From: Mobula hypostoma
Lineage: Eukaryota
NCBI RefSeq assembly: GCF_963921235.1
Contig: NC_086097.1
Span: 14,756,001 to 14,820,000, forward strand
Reading direction: 5' to 3'
DNA: 64,000 nt
In this document: positions 1 to 11,921 of the stretch, piece after piece
Layout of the letters: each line of letters opens with the position of its first letter
How positions within the stretch are numbered: the first letter of the stretch is position 1
The notes under the pieces: model-generated
Databases searched by the model: none
What the model was told of the DNA's origin: nothing
Seen by the model: only the letters and a program-made list of their open reading frames with translations
Translations under genes and position numbers: made by a program

Positions 1-470
1 TGTATTTATAGAGTAAGGCAGTGGGCTAAGCACACACCCCTGAGGTGCGCCAGAGTTGATCGTCAATGAGGAGGATATGTTATCACCAATCCGTATAGAT
101 TGTGGTCTTCCAGTTAGGAAGTCATTGGCCTCTGAGACAGAGATCACAGGATCATCAGGTGCAGCAGGGATCTTCACAGCTGGACTTGTATTCTCCCTTT
201 CAAAGCGGGCATAGAAGGCATTGAGTTCATCTGGTAGTGGAGCATCGCTGCCATTCATGCTATTGGGTTTCACTTTGTAGGAAGTAATGTCTTGCAAACC
301 CTGCCAGAGTTGTTATACATCAATGTCACCTCCAACATCTTTTGAAATTGTCTCTTTGCCCTTGAAATAACCCTCCACAAATCATACCCGGTTTTCTGGT
401 ACGGACCTGGGTCACCAGACTTGAATGCCACAGATCTGGCCTTCAGCAGACAACGTACCTCCTGGTTCAT
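1..470 (-). mobile_element. Rex1/Babar LINE internal fragment
   Basis: ORF 270..470 (WMNQEVR..LKARSVAFKSGDP) matches the longer Rex1 copy at 38450-39430; about 0.5 kb is deleted internally relative to it. Confidence 0.85.
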
Positions 471-957
471 AATCTTTGGGGATTATGAGACCTTACATGA
501 TTGGTTAATCATTCTAACTGGAATAGTATAAAGGTTGTCAATATCTGATAGGCATTCCCAGTTTGAGTTAATATTTTTATTGTAACTTAACCCCATTAAT
601 GATGGATAAATACATACAGCATTATCTCTATAAGTCTGAAGATGGTGAAACCATCACGATTGCAGGAACAATTCTGTAAAAGACACTCTGAAAAGGCTAC
701 TTGTGGTATTGCTCAGTTCCAGAAGATGAAAGATGCATTTGAAAAGTGTTGCACTCTCAAGTTATTTGCCAAGAAAGCCAAAAATGACCTTGACAGTGGT
801 CTCATTGCTTGTTATAATAATAAATTTCCAAAATGATGGCAAAGAGTGGAAAATCTCATACAATTGGTGAAAGATTAATAATGCCTGCTGTATCAGAAGT
901 GCTCATCAATGTTCTCAAAGTGGATACCATTATTTTGAACATTATAAATATGAAACT

Positions 958-1679
958 ATTGAGAATATAGTATTAATGGTAAGACTCTTGGCAGTGTGGA
1001 GGATCAGAGGGATCTTGGGGTCCGAGTCCATAGGTCACTCAAAGCTGCTGTGCAGGTTGACTGTGTGGTTAAGAAAGCATACGGTGTATTGGCCTTCATC
1101 AGTTAGGAGCTGAGAGGTAATGTTGCAGCTATATAGGATCCTGGTCAGACCCCACTTGGAGTACTATGCTCAGTTCTGGTTGCCTCACTAAGGGAGGATG
1201 TGGAAACCATAGAAAGGGTGCAGAGGAGATTTACCAGGATGCTGCCTGGATTGGGGAGCATGCCTTATGAGAATAGGTTGAGTGAACTTGGCCTTTTTTC
1301 CTTGGAGCGACCTGATAGAGGTGTATAAGATGATGAGAGGCATTGATCATGTGAATAATCAGAGGCTTTTTCCCAGGACTGAAATGGCTAGTATGAGAGG
1401 CACAGTTTTAAGGTGCTTGGAAGTAGGTACAGAGGAGATGTCAGGGGTAAGTTTTTTTACGCAGAGAGTGGTGAGTGCGTGGAATGGGCTGCTGGCGACG
1501 GTGGAGGAGGCGGATACGATAGGTTCTTTTAAGAGACTCCTGGACAGGTACATGGATCTCAGAAAAATAGAGGGCTATGGGTAACCCTATGTAATTTCTA
1601 AGGTAAAGACATGTTCGGCACAGCTTTGTGGGCTGAAAGGCCTGTATTGTGCTGCAGGTTTTCTATGTTTCTATGTTTC
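958..1679 (+). mobile_element. CR1 LINE 3' fragment
   Basis: RT C-terminal motifs (LVRPHLEY, FFTQRVVSAWNGL), (TTTCTATG)n tail, TSD TATGAAACT at 949-957 and 1680-1688. Confidence 0.9.
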
Positions 1680-1879
1680 TATGAAACTGCAAGGTGAGAA
1701 TTTCAGCTTAATCCAAGCAAAAAGTGCAGTATTCACTTTTATTGGAAAATTGGAAATATATAAGCAAAACATCAGGAGAAGAACGTTCTCACAGTTTTCC
1801 TGCACAGAAAGTATAGCACTCTACTTCACAAGAGTACTGCTTGCACCTGCAGTCACTGAAGAAGGATTTTCAGAATCAA

Positions 1880-2990
1880 TTCAAAGAAGAACAGCAAGGC
1901 ATCTGGAAAGAAATGGATCCATCAGGCAGATGCAGCATGGATTCGGCAAAGGCAGGTCCCGTTTGACAAGCTTACTGAGTTCTTGGAGAATATGACAAGC
2001 ACAGTGGATGGAGGGGAACAGATGGACATTATTTACTTACATTTCCAAAAGGTGTTCGATAAGGTGCCATATAAAAGACTTACCCATAAAATAAGGACGC
2101 ATAGGGTTGGGGTGATGTATTAGCATGGATAGAGGATTGGTTAACTAATACAAAGTAGAGAGTCAGGATACATGGGTGTTACTCTGGTTGGCAACCAATG
2201 GTGAGCGGTGTGCTGGAGGGGTCGGTGCTGGGCCCACAACTGTCCACGATATATATTAACAATCTGGAAGAGGGGACTGAATGTAGTGTATCTAAGCTTG
2301 CTGATGATACTGAGTTGAGTGGAAAAGCAAATTGTTCAGAAGATACAGAGGCCTTCATTGCTAGATGGATTGAATTTAAGAGCAGGGAGGTTATGCTGCA
2401 ACTGTACAGGACACTGGTGAGGCAGTACCTGGAGTACTGTGTGCAGTTCTGGTCTCCTTACCTGAGGAAGGATATACTGGCTTTGGAGGCAGTGCAGAGG
2501 AGGCTCACCAGGTTGATTCCACAGACGAGGGAATTATACTATGTGGAGAGATTGAGTCATCTGGGACTGTACTCACTGGAATTCAGAAGAATGAGAGGGG
2601 ATCTTTTAGAAACATATAAAATTATGAAAGGGATAGATTAGATAGAGGCAGGAAAGTTGTTTCCACTGATAGGTGAGACTAGAACTAGGGGACATAGCCT
2701 CAAGATTCCGGGAAGTAAATTTGGGATGGAGATGAAGAGGATCTGCTTTTCCCAGAGAGTGGTGAATCTGTGGAATTATCTGCTCAATGAAGCAATGGAG
2801 GATCCCTCAGTCAGTATATTTAAGACAAGGTTGGATAGATTTTTGCATAGTAGGGGGATTAAGAGTTATGGTGAAAAGGCAGACAGGTGGAGCTGAGTTC
2901 ATGGCCAGATCAGCCATGATCTTATTAAATGGTGGAACAGGCTTGACAGGCCAGATGGCCTAATCCTGCTCCTATTTCTTATGTTCTTAT
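1880..2990 (+). mobile_element. CR1 LINE RT/3' fragment, decayed
   Basis: QHGF, GSVLGPQL, LADD and LEYCVQFWSPY motifs in ORFs 1681, 2198 and 2657; CR1 3' tail. Confidence 0.9.
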
Positions 2991-3580
2991 TTCATTATGT
3001 ATTTGAATGATTTGGAAATTTTGGACTGGGTAATTAACCCATTTCTTTGTAAGGTGGAAGAACATTATTGAAATTCAGAATGATGAAGAAGCAAAAATGG
3101 TTTTCAAAATTGTCGGCTTTCATGGTATGTGGCTACATAGTCTCACGAAGTTTCCTGGTCTTTGGAGAAGAGCCAAACTGCTCTTCATGGCATTTCCATC
3201 CTCCTACCTTGTTGAACGAAGCTTCAGTGCAGTTAACCACATACTTACAAAAAACAGAATCCACTTGGACATTGTTATGTGTGGGGATTTAAGGCTTTTG
3301 CTGTCACAACTTGAACCATATATTTCAACTCTTGCTAAAAACCATCAAGCTCAAGGATCACATTGATATCGTAGTTGCTGTACAGTACACAGATACTGTG
3401 TAAACTGGGATTAAAGACAAATAAAAATATAAAGCAGAATTATTTTTCTCATGTTAGCATATGGTAGACGTGTCTTTACACAATAAGGGCACTGAAAAGT
3501 ATATCGTGCCTAAGAATAGAGTTGGCTAGTATGAATGTGCTTTGTGGGAGCATTGGGCTATAAAAGGTTGGGAGACACTG

Positions 3581-4815
3581 CCCTAAACTATTCAGTCTTT
3601 CCTTATAACTCAGGTCCTCTATACCCAGCAACATCCTCGTAAATTTTCTCTGTATTCTTTCAAACTTATTCACATCTTTCCTGTAGGTAGGTGAGCAAAA
3701 CTGCACACAATACTCCAAATTAGGCCTCACCAATGTCTTATACAACTTCAACATAACATTCCATCTCCTGTACTCAATACTTTGATTTATGAAAGCCAGT
3801 GTGCCAAAAGCTTTCTTTACAACCCTATCTACCTGTGATGCCACTTTCAACTAATTATGGACTTGAATTCCCAGATCCCTTTGTTCTACTGCACTCCTCA
3901 GTGCCCAACCATTCACTGTGTAAGACCTACCCGAAGATTCTACCGAAGTGCAACACCTCACCCTTTTCTGCATTAAATTCCATCTGCCATTTTTCAGCCC
4001 ATTATTCCAGCTGATCCAAATCCTTCTGCAAGCCATCTTAGTTTTTCTCACTATCCACTACAAACCCAGTCTTGGTGTCATCCACAAATTTGCTGATCCA
4101 GTTAACCACATTATCATCCAGATCATTGATACAGATGCTAAGCAACAATGGACCCAGCACTAATCCCTGCAGCACTCCGCCAGTCATAGGCTAACAGTCA
4201 GAGAGGCAACCATCTACTACCACTCTCTGGATTCTCCCACAAAGGCAATGCCTAATTGAATTTACTACATCATCTTGAATGCTGAGTGACTGAACCTTCT
4301 TGACTAGCCTCCCACGCAGGACCTTGTCAAGTGCCTTGCTGAAGTCCGTGTAGACAACATCCACTGCCTTGCCTTCATCCACTTTCCTGGTAACTTCCTC
4401 AGAAATCTCAGTTAGGATGGTTAGACATGACCTACCACACACGAAGCCATGCTGACTATCTTTAATCAGTCCATGTTTGTCCAAATACTTATATATCTGG
4501 TCCCTTAGAACACCTTCTAATAACTTTCCCACAACCGATGTCAGACTCACTGGCCTATAATTTTCTTGTTCATGTTTAGAGACTTACTTAAACAGCAGAA
4601 GAACATTAGCTATTTTCCAATCCTCTGGTACATCACCTGTTGCTAAGGATGAATTAAATATCCCTACTTTGGCACCAGCAATTTCTGTACTTGCCTCCTG
4701 TAGGGTCCGAGGGCACACCTTGTCAGGCCCTGGGGATTTATCCACCCTGATTTGCCTCAGGACAGCAAACAGCTTCTCCTCTGTAATCTGTGCAGGGTCC
4801 ATGAAGTTGATGGCA
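3581..4815 (-). mobile_element. CR1 LINE RT fragment (target of the hAT insertion)
   Basis: ORFs 3476, 4191 and 4584 with DKSPGPD, SQHGF, DFSKA and LVRPNLEYCVQF; the reading frame is cut at the hAT TIR. Confidence 0.9.
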
Positions 4816-4950
4816 CTTAGGAGTTGATTTAATTTAACTTCGTTTTAATTTAGAGATACAGTATGGTAACAGGTCCTTCCAGCCCAATGAGCTCACATCG
4901 CTCAATTACACCCATGTGACCAATTAACCCATATTATCTTTGGACTGTGG

Positions 4951-6437
4951 TACTCCTTCCACAAGCATCCAATCCCTCCACCATTAACAGACAGTTTTTT
5001 AGCAGTGTGTATTATCTACAAGATGCACTGCAACAACCCAACAAAGTTCCCAAGGCAGCACTTTCCAGATCCACGACAACTACCATCTAGAACAGGAGTG
5101 GCCAACCTTTTACATTCCATGAGTCAATTTTTTCACGCACAAGTTCAGATGTGCCATACAACTCTTGTACTCCCATTCAATTCTTGTAAAATATGTTAAT
5201 AGAGACATATTTAGCATTTTTACATGATATATTGATTTAATATGAAAACAAGATAAACATTACTTAATTCCGTTTTTTGGCTAACACTAAAGCAATTTCA
5301 TAGGACGCTTCTGTCATCGCCAAACTTTTACAACTTCTTTTAACAAATATGTTTTGCCTGCTTTTGATTTCTTCCTTTTTCTTAATCACATATTCTTTCC
5401 GTAACTCAGACCCAAGCACTAGCTTCAGTTTTCCTTCTATTTCAGTCTGATGTTGCATTTTATAGTGTCTATTAAGATCATGCCTTCTATTATGTGAGAA
5501 AGTGTTTTCACAAACAATGCACAATGGTTCTCCTGACGGACCCGCTGTAAATAAGAACTCATTTTCCCACTGTTCATTGAATTCATGCTTACTATCACTT
5601 TCTACTTTTCTTTTGCACTGTGATGGGTAACTGAATGTAAAACCAAGGCTTAATTTTTGAAAAAGTACAAAACTGCAAATGTTCACAAAGGACGAACAAA
5701 GCACAACTCCGCAGCGCATGAGTGTCAATTGTAAACTGGCTGGCAAAAACCTGCGACGTACCGCTGGTGCAGACGCCTGGCACCTCAGGATCAAACAAGT
5801 ATCAAACGTTATGGAACGAATGAGGAACAAAAGTTCTTCTTTCCTAGTTTGACTCATTGAACATTTCTTAAAATTGAAAACAGATTAATGTGAAAAAAGA
5901 TAACATCTGCCAAAAGATGTGCACGAAATAATAAAATCGCTAAAATAATTGCTAAGTTTTAGATTTATTCTCAGTAAAACCCACTTCTAGCTCTAAGCTA
6001 CTTGATTTTTTTTCTACAAATCGGTTTTTGCTTAATACTTTTTGCATGAGTAGGCTTACTTTTTTATTATCATCGCTAGGGTGCAATGCGCCACTTCGAG
6101 TCATCCAATGCACCACTTTTGGTGCATGCGCCATAGGTTGGCCATCCCTGATCTAGAAGGACAAGAACAGCAGATACCTGGGAACACCACCATTTGGCAA
6201 TCCCCCTCCAAGTCACTCACCATCCTGACTTGGAAACATATCACCATTCCTTCATTGTCGCTGGGTCAAAATCATGGAATTCCCTCCCTAACAGCACTGT
6301 GGGTGTACCTACACCTCAGGGACTGCAGCAGCTCAAGAAGGCAGCTCATCAACACCTTCTCAAGGGCAACTGGGGATGGGCAATAAATGCTGTCTTAGCT
6401 GGCAACTTCCACATCCTGTAAATGCATAAATAAAAAT
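4951..6437 (+). mobile_element. CR1-group LINE 3' fragment split by a hAT element
   Basis: SFIVAGSKSWNSLP..LQQLKKAAHQHLL C-terminus with an A-rich tail; sequence is contiguous across the TSD ATCTAGAA. Confidence 0.65.
5093..6150 (-). mobile_element. Non-autonomous hAT (SPIN/GTF2IRD2-like) element with a truncated BED-finger transposase N-terminus
   Basis: TIRs CAGGAGTGGCCAACCT and AGGTTGGCCATCCCTG; 8-bp TSD ATCTAGAA at 5085-5092 and 6151-6158; ORF 5264..5857 contains FNEQWENEFLF..PLCIVC..LNRHY..H. Confidence 0.9.
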
Positions 6438-7276
6438 AAGAAACCAGAGCACCTGGGGTCATGGGGAGAACATACAAACGCATTACAGATGGCGGTGGGA
6501 ATTGAACCTGGGTCACTGGTACTGTAGAGCGTTGTGCTAGCCACTTATGCTATGGTGCCACTCAAGTTTTGACAGTGAGATAGCAAGAAGAATCTCACCT
6601 GGCCAGTTAAACTGAAAATGCTGGAAGCACACAGCATCACTAAGGAAAGGAGCTGTGTTTACATTTTGGATCAAGCTAGCACTTTCACTGGTACACGACA
6701 TGAAGCGGCCTTTTTTGGAAACATTGACTCAATTTCTCTCTCCAGTGATGCTGCCTGACCCACAGGATACTTCCAATGTTCCCTGCTTTCATTTTCAGGT
6801 TTATCACCTGCACTTTATTGGTCCAAATCAGCAACAATGTGATTATGTTACCATAGGATGTAGAAGATAGAACTCTGAAACACAGCCCAGACCCTTCGGC
6901 CTACAATGTTGTGCAGACATTTTAACTTACTGTAAGATCAATTTAAATCTTCCCTCCCACATCCCCCTCCATTCTTCTTTCATCCATGTGCCTATCAGTC
7001 CCTTCAATAGTCCTAATGTAAGAGCATAAGATCATAAGATATCGGAGCAGAATTAGCTCATTTGGCCCACTGAGCCTGCACCGCCATTTCATCACGGCTG
7101 ATCAAAATGTTGCTTCTTTGACAATCCATCACTTGCTGGAGTTAGGCAGTCCATCGGAATCAGAATCAGGTTTAATATCACTGGCATTTGTCATGAAATT
7201 CTTTGTTTTGTGGCAGCAGTACAGTGTAATACATAATAAAAAACAATAAATTACCAAAAAAATATACGTGTATATA

Positions 7277-7835
7277 CAGTGGACTCCAGTTAATTGGAAC
7301 ACATCAGGACCAGTACATTTTGACCCAATTAAATGGCTGCCCTAACTACCCAAAGTTCCATGAAAGTGGTTAAAAGCTATAAGAGAGACTAACTACCATT
7401 TAATTGAGTAACAATTTATGTACTGTATTTAAATGAAATACAGAATGAATTAGAACACTACTAATACTACTCCAGTACTATAAAACTGTGAATTAGTTCC
7501 TAATAGTTATCACAGAGGAATTAATCTGGCGAGTGTTTTTGATTGACTGTAAATGAACAAAGTCAGCGCAGAAAATGCTATAGACGATTGCATCCTCCAA
7601 ATTTTCATTTTCGTTGTAACTTTAAGATGATTGGCGATACCATCGTAGTTCCTAACTGTTAAAGTAGTGAAATCGTTTCATTGTCACTCCTGGCTGTTTC
7701 TGGCATCTCCAAGCCTAAATGCTTGAAACCGCACGGAGCAAAATAGTTCGGAATTGTCTTACTGCTTATTTCTCGGCAACTAACAGTGAGAAAAATCATT
7801 GTTTTTTAACACAAGCATATGCAACAGATGCTATT
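7277..7835 (-). mobile_element. Tigger/pogo-like non-autonomous fragment
   Basis: TA|CAGTGGACTCCAGTTAATTGG terminus; internal sequence is the reverse-complement homologue of 34400-34720. Confidence 0.65.
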
Positions 7836-8375
7836 TTCATGTAATCAAAGAAAAGGTGAGTGTAGCTGGGACCCATGTGTGTGCCCAAGGCTACACCTAT
7901 ACCTTGTAGAAAGTGGAAGAAGCCTAAAGAGAAATTGTTGAGGGAGAGAACCAGATGGAGGAGGGAGTTAGTGGAGGGGAACTTGTTAGGTCTGTTATTT
8001 CCGATGTAACCCCAGTCTTATGAGGAAAGCTTAAGCAAGATAGGGCTTTTCTGTTCGGAGCACAGGAGGATTGCTAACATTCCCTCAATTTCTTTGCTTC
8101 TTCCCTCTGTTAAAGATCTTGAAAACTCTGATCAATATCTCAAGACACTCAAAGATAATCAAATATTCAAGTAAACTAAAAATCAACTTATTAAAATATA
8201 AAATTAAATTAAATTGAATCACTAAGCAATCAAATCATTTGTATAAAGCAATTCAAAAAATTGTACCTGATACTTGGGTCAATTTACTCTCTGAAGTGGA
8301 TGAACTCTGCACTCGCTGACATTTTGGGTGTTGTCAGTGTAGAGTCTTCAGACTGTCGCTGTGACTGCTCCGTTT

Positions 8376-8645
8376 CATAGAAACATAGAAAATAGGTGCA
8401 GGAGTAGGCCATTCAGCCCTTCGAGCCTGCACCACCATTCAGTATTATCATGGTTGATCATCCAACTCAGAACCTTGTACCTGCCTTCTCTCCATACCCC
8501 CTGATCCCTTTAGCCACAAGGGCCATATCTAACTCCCTCTTAAATATAGCCAATGAACTGGCCTCAACTGTTTCCTGTGGCAGAGAATTCCACAGATTCA
8601 CCACCCTCTGTGTGAATAAGTTTTTCCTCATCTCGGTCCTAAAAG
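8376..8645 (-). mobile_element. CR1 3' end (young subfamily)
   Basis: FTQRVVNLWNSLP plus a (CATAGAAA) tail; near-identical to 14622-14920. Confidence 0.9.
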
Positions 8646-9869
8646 CTCCCATATCCCAAATATAATCACAGTTGAATTAACTGCCTACTCACTCGATATT
8701 GCCCCTAGAGGAAGGGTAATCAGGGGGAAGTTCCTGGGCATGGGAGAGAGAGTATAGGTTACCCTGAAATAAGTATAGGGTACATGGATGGTGGAAATGC
8801 TTGAAGAGCAGGCATAGATATGATGGCCTGAGCGGCCTCCTTCTATGTTGTAAGGAAACATGAGAAATCTGAGCTTAGGTTCTCCAGATATGACTGTGCA
8901 GAAAGGAAACAAAGTTGAACAGGGAAACGCCAGGCAGAAGTCTATCCGAGGAAGGGCTTGCCTTGTTGCTCTGTGACCGTTCCTTGGCACCGAGACTATT
9001 TCATTAACAACATGACCACTGGGCCTTCCAGGTGGCTTCTGGCTGTTTTTAATTGTACCTCTTTCAAAGGTAGTTTGCTCAGAGCTAGTTAATTAAAAAA
9101 AATGAATGTGGCTCTGAGGATGGAGTAAAACAGCTTGCAGAGAGCAGTGCAGGTCCAGTTACACTTAATCATCCTCGCATGATGAAGTCATTTCAGCGAA
9201 CTGTGTCTCTGGCCCCAAACACCGAGTCTGGAATTCTTTATGAGGACTGAAAAAGCATAGAACTTAGAACAAAGAACTGTATAGTTCATGATGTTCTGCC
9301 AACCTTTTAACGTACTCATGATCAACCTAATCTTCCCCTTCTCCAAATCCTCCACTATTCCATCAAAAGAGTCTCTTAAATGTCTCCTTTGTATCAGCTT
9401 CTAACCACCACGTCCAGCAGTGCCTTCCACTCTCTGTGTAAAGAACCCTGTCACTGAGAACCGTCCTAAACTTTCCTCTGCTCACCTTAAAAGGATGTCT
9501 TCTGCGATCAGCCATTGTGCTAAGATGGCACCACTAATAGGCTGTTGCTTGCGTGCTGCTCCAACGGGAATCATGGAATATTCCCATTTCAAACTACTAC
9601 TGCTGAAATCCACAGTCTTCACCGTGGGTACTGAGGTAAGCAGATTCATTTTAAGATGTTTTAAAACCTATTACGTATTTAATTTAATTTTCTTTATATA
9701 TACTTCCTATTGTAATTTATAGTTTTCATTATGTATTGCATTGCACTGGCGCCGCAATGCAATGAATTTCACAACATATGCCGATGATATTAAACCCAAT
9801 TCTGATTCTGATTCTGCCGCCATGAGAAAAAGGTGCTGGCTGTTCACGCTATCTATGCCTCAAACACGT

Positions 9870-10180
9870 AGAGGCAGGGGGAGGAGCGAAGCAAAGAGTT
9901 GGAGAGTCGACTGGTGAAAGAGATAAAGGGCTGGAGAAGGGGGGAATCTGATAGGAAAGGACAGAAGGCAATAGAGGTATTCCGGCTGGGTAGCCTCATG
10001 ATGGCATGAACATCAATTTCTTGAACTTCTAGCAATGGCCCACACACTACCCCTCCTTCTCCATTCCCATTCCCATCTCCTTACCTGCCCATCATCTCCC
10101 TCTGATGCTCCTCCCTCTTCCCTTTATTTTGTGTGTGTTGCTTTGAGTTTCCAGCATCTGCAGATTTTCTTGTGTTTGTC
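9870..10180 (+). mobile_element. Penelope-like 3' end with an inverted upstream piece
   Basis: Endonuclease C-terminal remnant (FRLGSL..DGMNINF) at about 9980-10030 and a pyrimidine-rich 3' UTR; a purine-rich inverted UTR piece lies at 9870-9975. Confidence 0.65.
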
Positions 10181-10194
10181 TATGAATTATTTCA

Positions 10195-10487
10195 TTCATT
10201 TTTTTATTTACTGAGATACAGCACGGAATAGATCCTTCCAGCCCTTCGAGGCGTGCCACTCAGCAACCCCCAGTTTAATCCGAGCCTAATCGCAGGACAA
10301 TTTACAATGACCAAATAACCTACTGACCGGTACGTCTTTGGACTGTGGAAGGAAACCGGAGCACCGAAGAAAACCCATGCAGTCACAGGGAGAACATACA
10401 AACTCCTTACGGACAGCGACGGGAATTGAAGCCGGGTCACTGGTTCTTTAGAGCATTGTGCTAGCCACTATGCTACTGTGACACCCC
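10195..10487 (-). mobile_element. HE1-like tRNA-derived SINE, full length
   Basis: tRNA-like head with A/B boxes, GGAGTTTGTATGTTCTCC core, CR1-like 3' end and (TAAA)n tail. Confidence 0.85.
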
Positions 10488-10922
10488 TAATTACTTTGTG
10501 TTCAGTTGCACTTCTTAAAGCCAAATGGATTGCTGCCAGTCCCTGGTGTGGTACACCACTAAATAGTCAGATAACAACGTAAAGTGAGCAGCTCTCCTGC
10601 ACTGAATCTGATGGGATCTCTATGACAATATGATCAACATTACAGGTGCTCTTTGTTATTCAAATTTACTTTAGATACCATGATAAAGAGGCTCAGTTGC
10701 CATGGTAGGACTTGGACTTCCTCACCTCTAAATCAATAGTCCAGTCACATCCAGTCGACTAATTTATGCCTGGCCACTGTAGTCAATCAAGATGAAACCT
10801 TGCCTTGTGAGTTACAAATAAAATGTTTATTCTGCCCCAGCCCTGCCTCTGACCCTCCCTGTAATTCTCCCTAAACCTCCGAATCAGGTTTACTATCACT
10901 GATGTACGTCATGAAATTTGTT

Positions 10923-11110
10923 AAATGCAAGAGATTTTGCAGATGTTGGAAATATTAAGCATCACACAAAATGCTGGAGGAACTCAGCAAGTCAGCAGCA
11001 TCTGTGGAAGGAAATAAACAGTCGATGTTTTGGGCTGAGATCCTTCATCAGGACAGGCCTTGGCCCAAAGCGTTGACTGTTTATTCCCTTCCACAGATGC
11101 TGTCTGACTT
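10923..11110. mobile_element. Penelope-derived fold-back unit with two degenerate hammerhead motifs
   Basis: Inverted arms at about 10989-11044 and 11055-11110; TSD AT(G/A)AAATTTGTT at 10911-10922 and 11111-11122. Confidence 0.75.
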
Positions 11111-11921
11111 ATAAAATTTGTTGTCTTGTGGTAGCGGTACAGTGTAAGACATAAAAACTACTGTGAGTTCCAAAAATAAATAAATAATACTCAAGACATA
11201 TAATGAGATAGTGTTCCTGGGTTAATGGGTTGACCAGGATTCTGATGATGGAGCAAAGCAGCAGTCCTTAAAATGTCGAGTGTGGGTCTTCAGGCTCTTA
11301 TGCTTCCTCATCAATGGTAGTAATGGAAGCAGGCGTGTCCCAGACGGAGAGGATCTTCAGTGATTGAGGCTGCATTATTAAGGCGCTGTCCCTTTAAGAC
11401 ATCCTCGGTGATGGGCAGAGTTGTGCCCATGATGGAACCGGCTTATTCCCACTGCACTCCATCTTGCGATCCTGTGCTTTGGAGCCTCCATACCAGCCTA
11501 TCCCCTTGTTCCTTTCCCACCCTTTCCCCCTCTCTAACCCTGGCTCTGACCACATCTTTGTCTTCCTCTAAAGCACCAGGCAGAGATATTCTCCTCCCCA
11601 ATCCTGTCTCTATTCCCTTCTCAGACCCCCTACCCTGGGTTACTTTACTTCCTATTCACACTCCAGTACAATTCGTAAAACTAAGTCAGAAAAAGTACCA
11701 AAGTTCCATTAGAACTTGTAGAATAAAGAGAGACTAAATGCACTTGACCCTTCCAGCACATTCCCTCTGGAGCTGGTGTTCTGTCGCGCAAAATTTAGAT
11801 CACTGATCTCTCCTAACGAGTCCAGCGCTGACCGAGGAGCGGGGCACAAGACACATGTCCTTGGACCTCCAGCCACTCTGCTCATGTGGACTCCATCCAA
11901 GTTTTAACACCACCTTAAAGA

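Larger units (their letters stand above)
570..3580 (+). mobile_element. hAT (Charlie/Buster, SCAND3/ZBED8-like) transposon remnant, internally deleted and split by two CR1 insertions
   Basis: Transposase pieces MVKPSRLQE..., KSHTIGERLIMPA, MKLQGEN..KLEIYKQN and the C-terminal FPSSYLVERSFSAV..GDLRLLL..QGSH; right TIR GGTTGGGAGACACTG ends at 3580; left end not seen. Confidence 0.8.
4835..6562 (-). mobile_element. HE1-like tRNA SINE split by nested insertions (pieces about 4835-4950 and 6438-6562)
   Basis: Both pieces match the intact copy at 10195-10487 and join contiguously. Confidence 0.7.
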
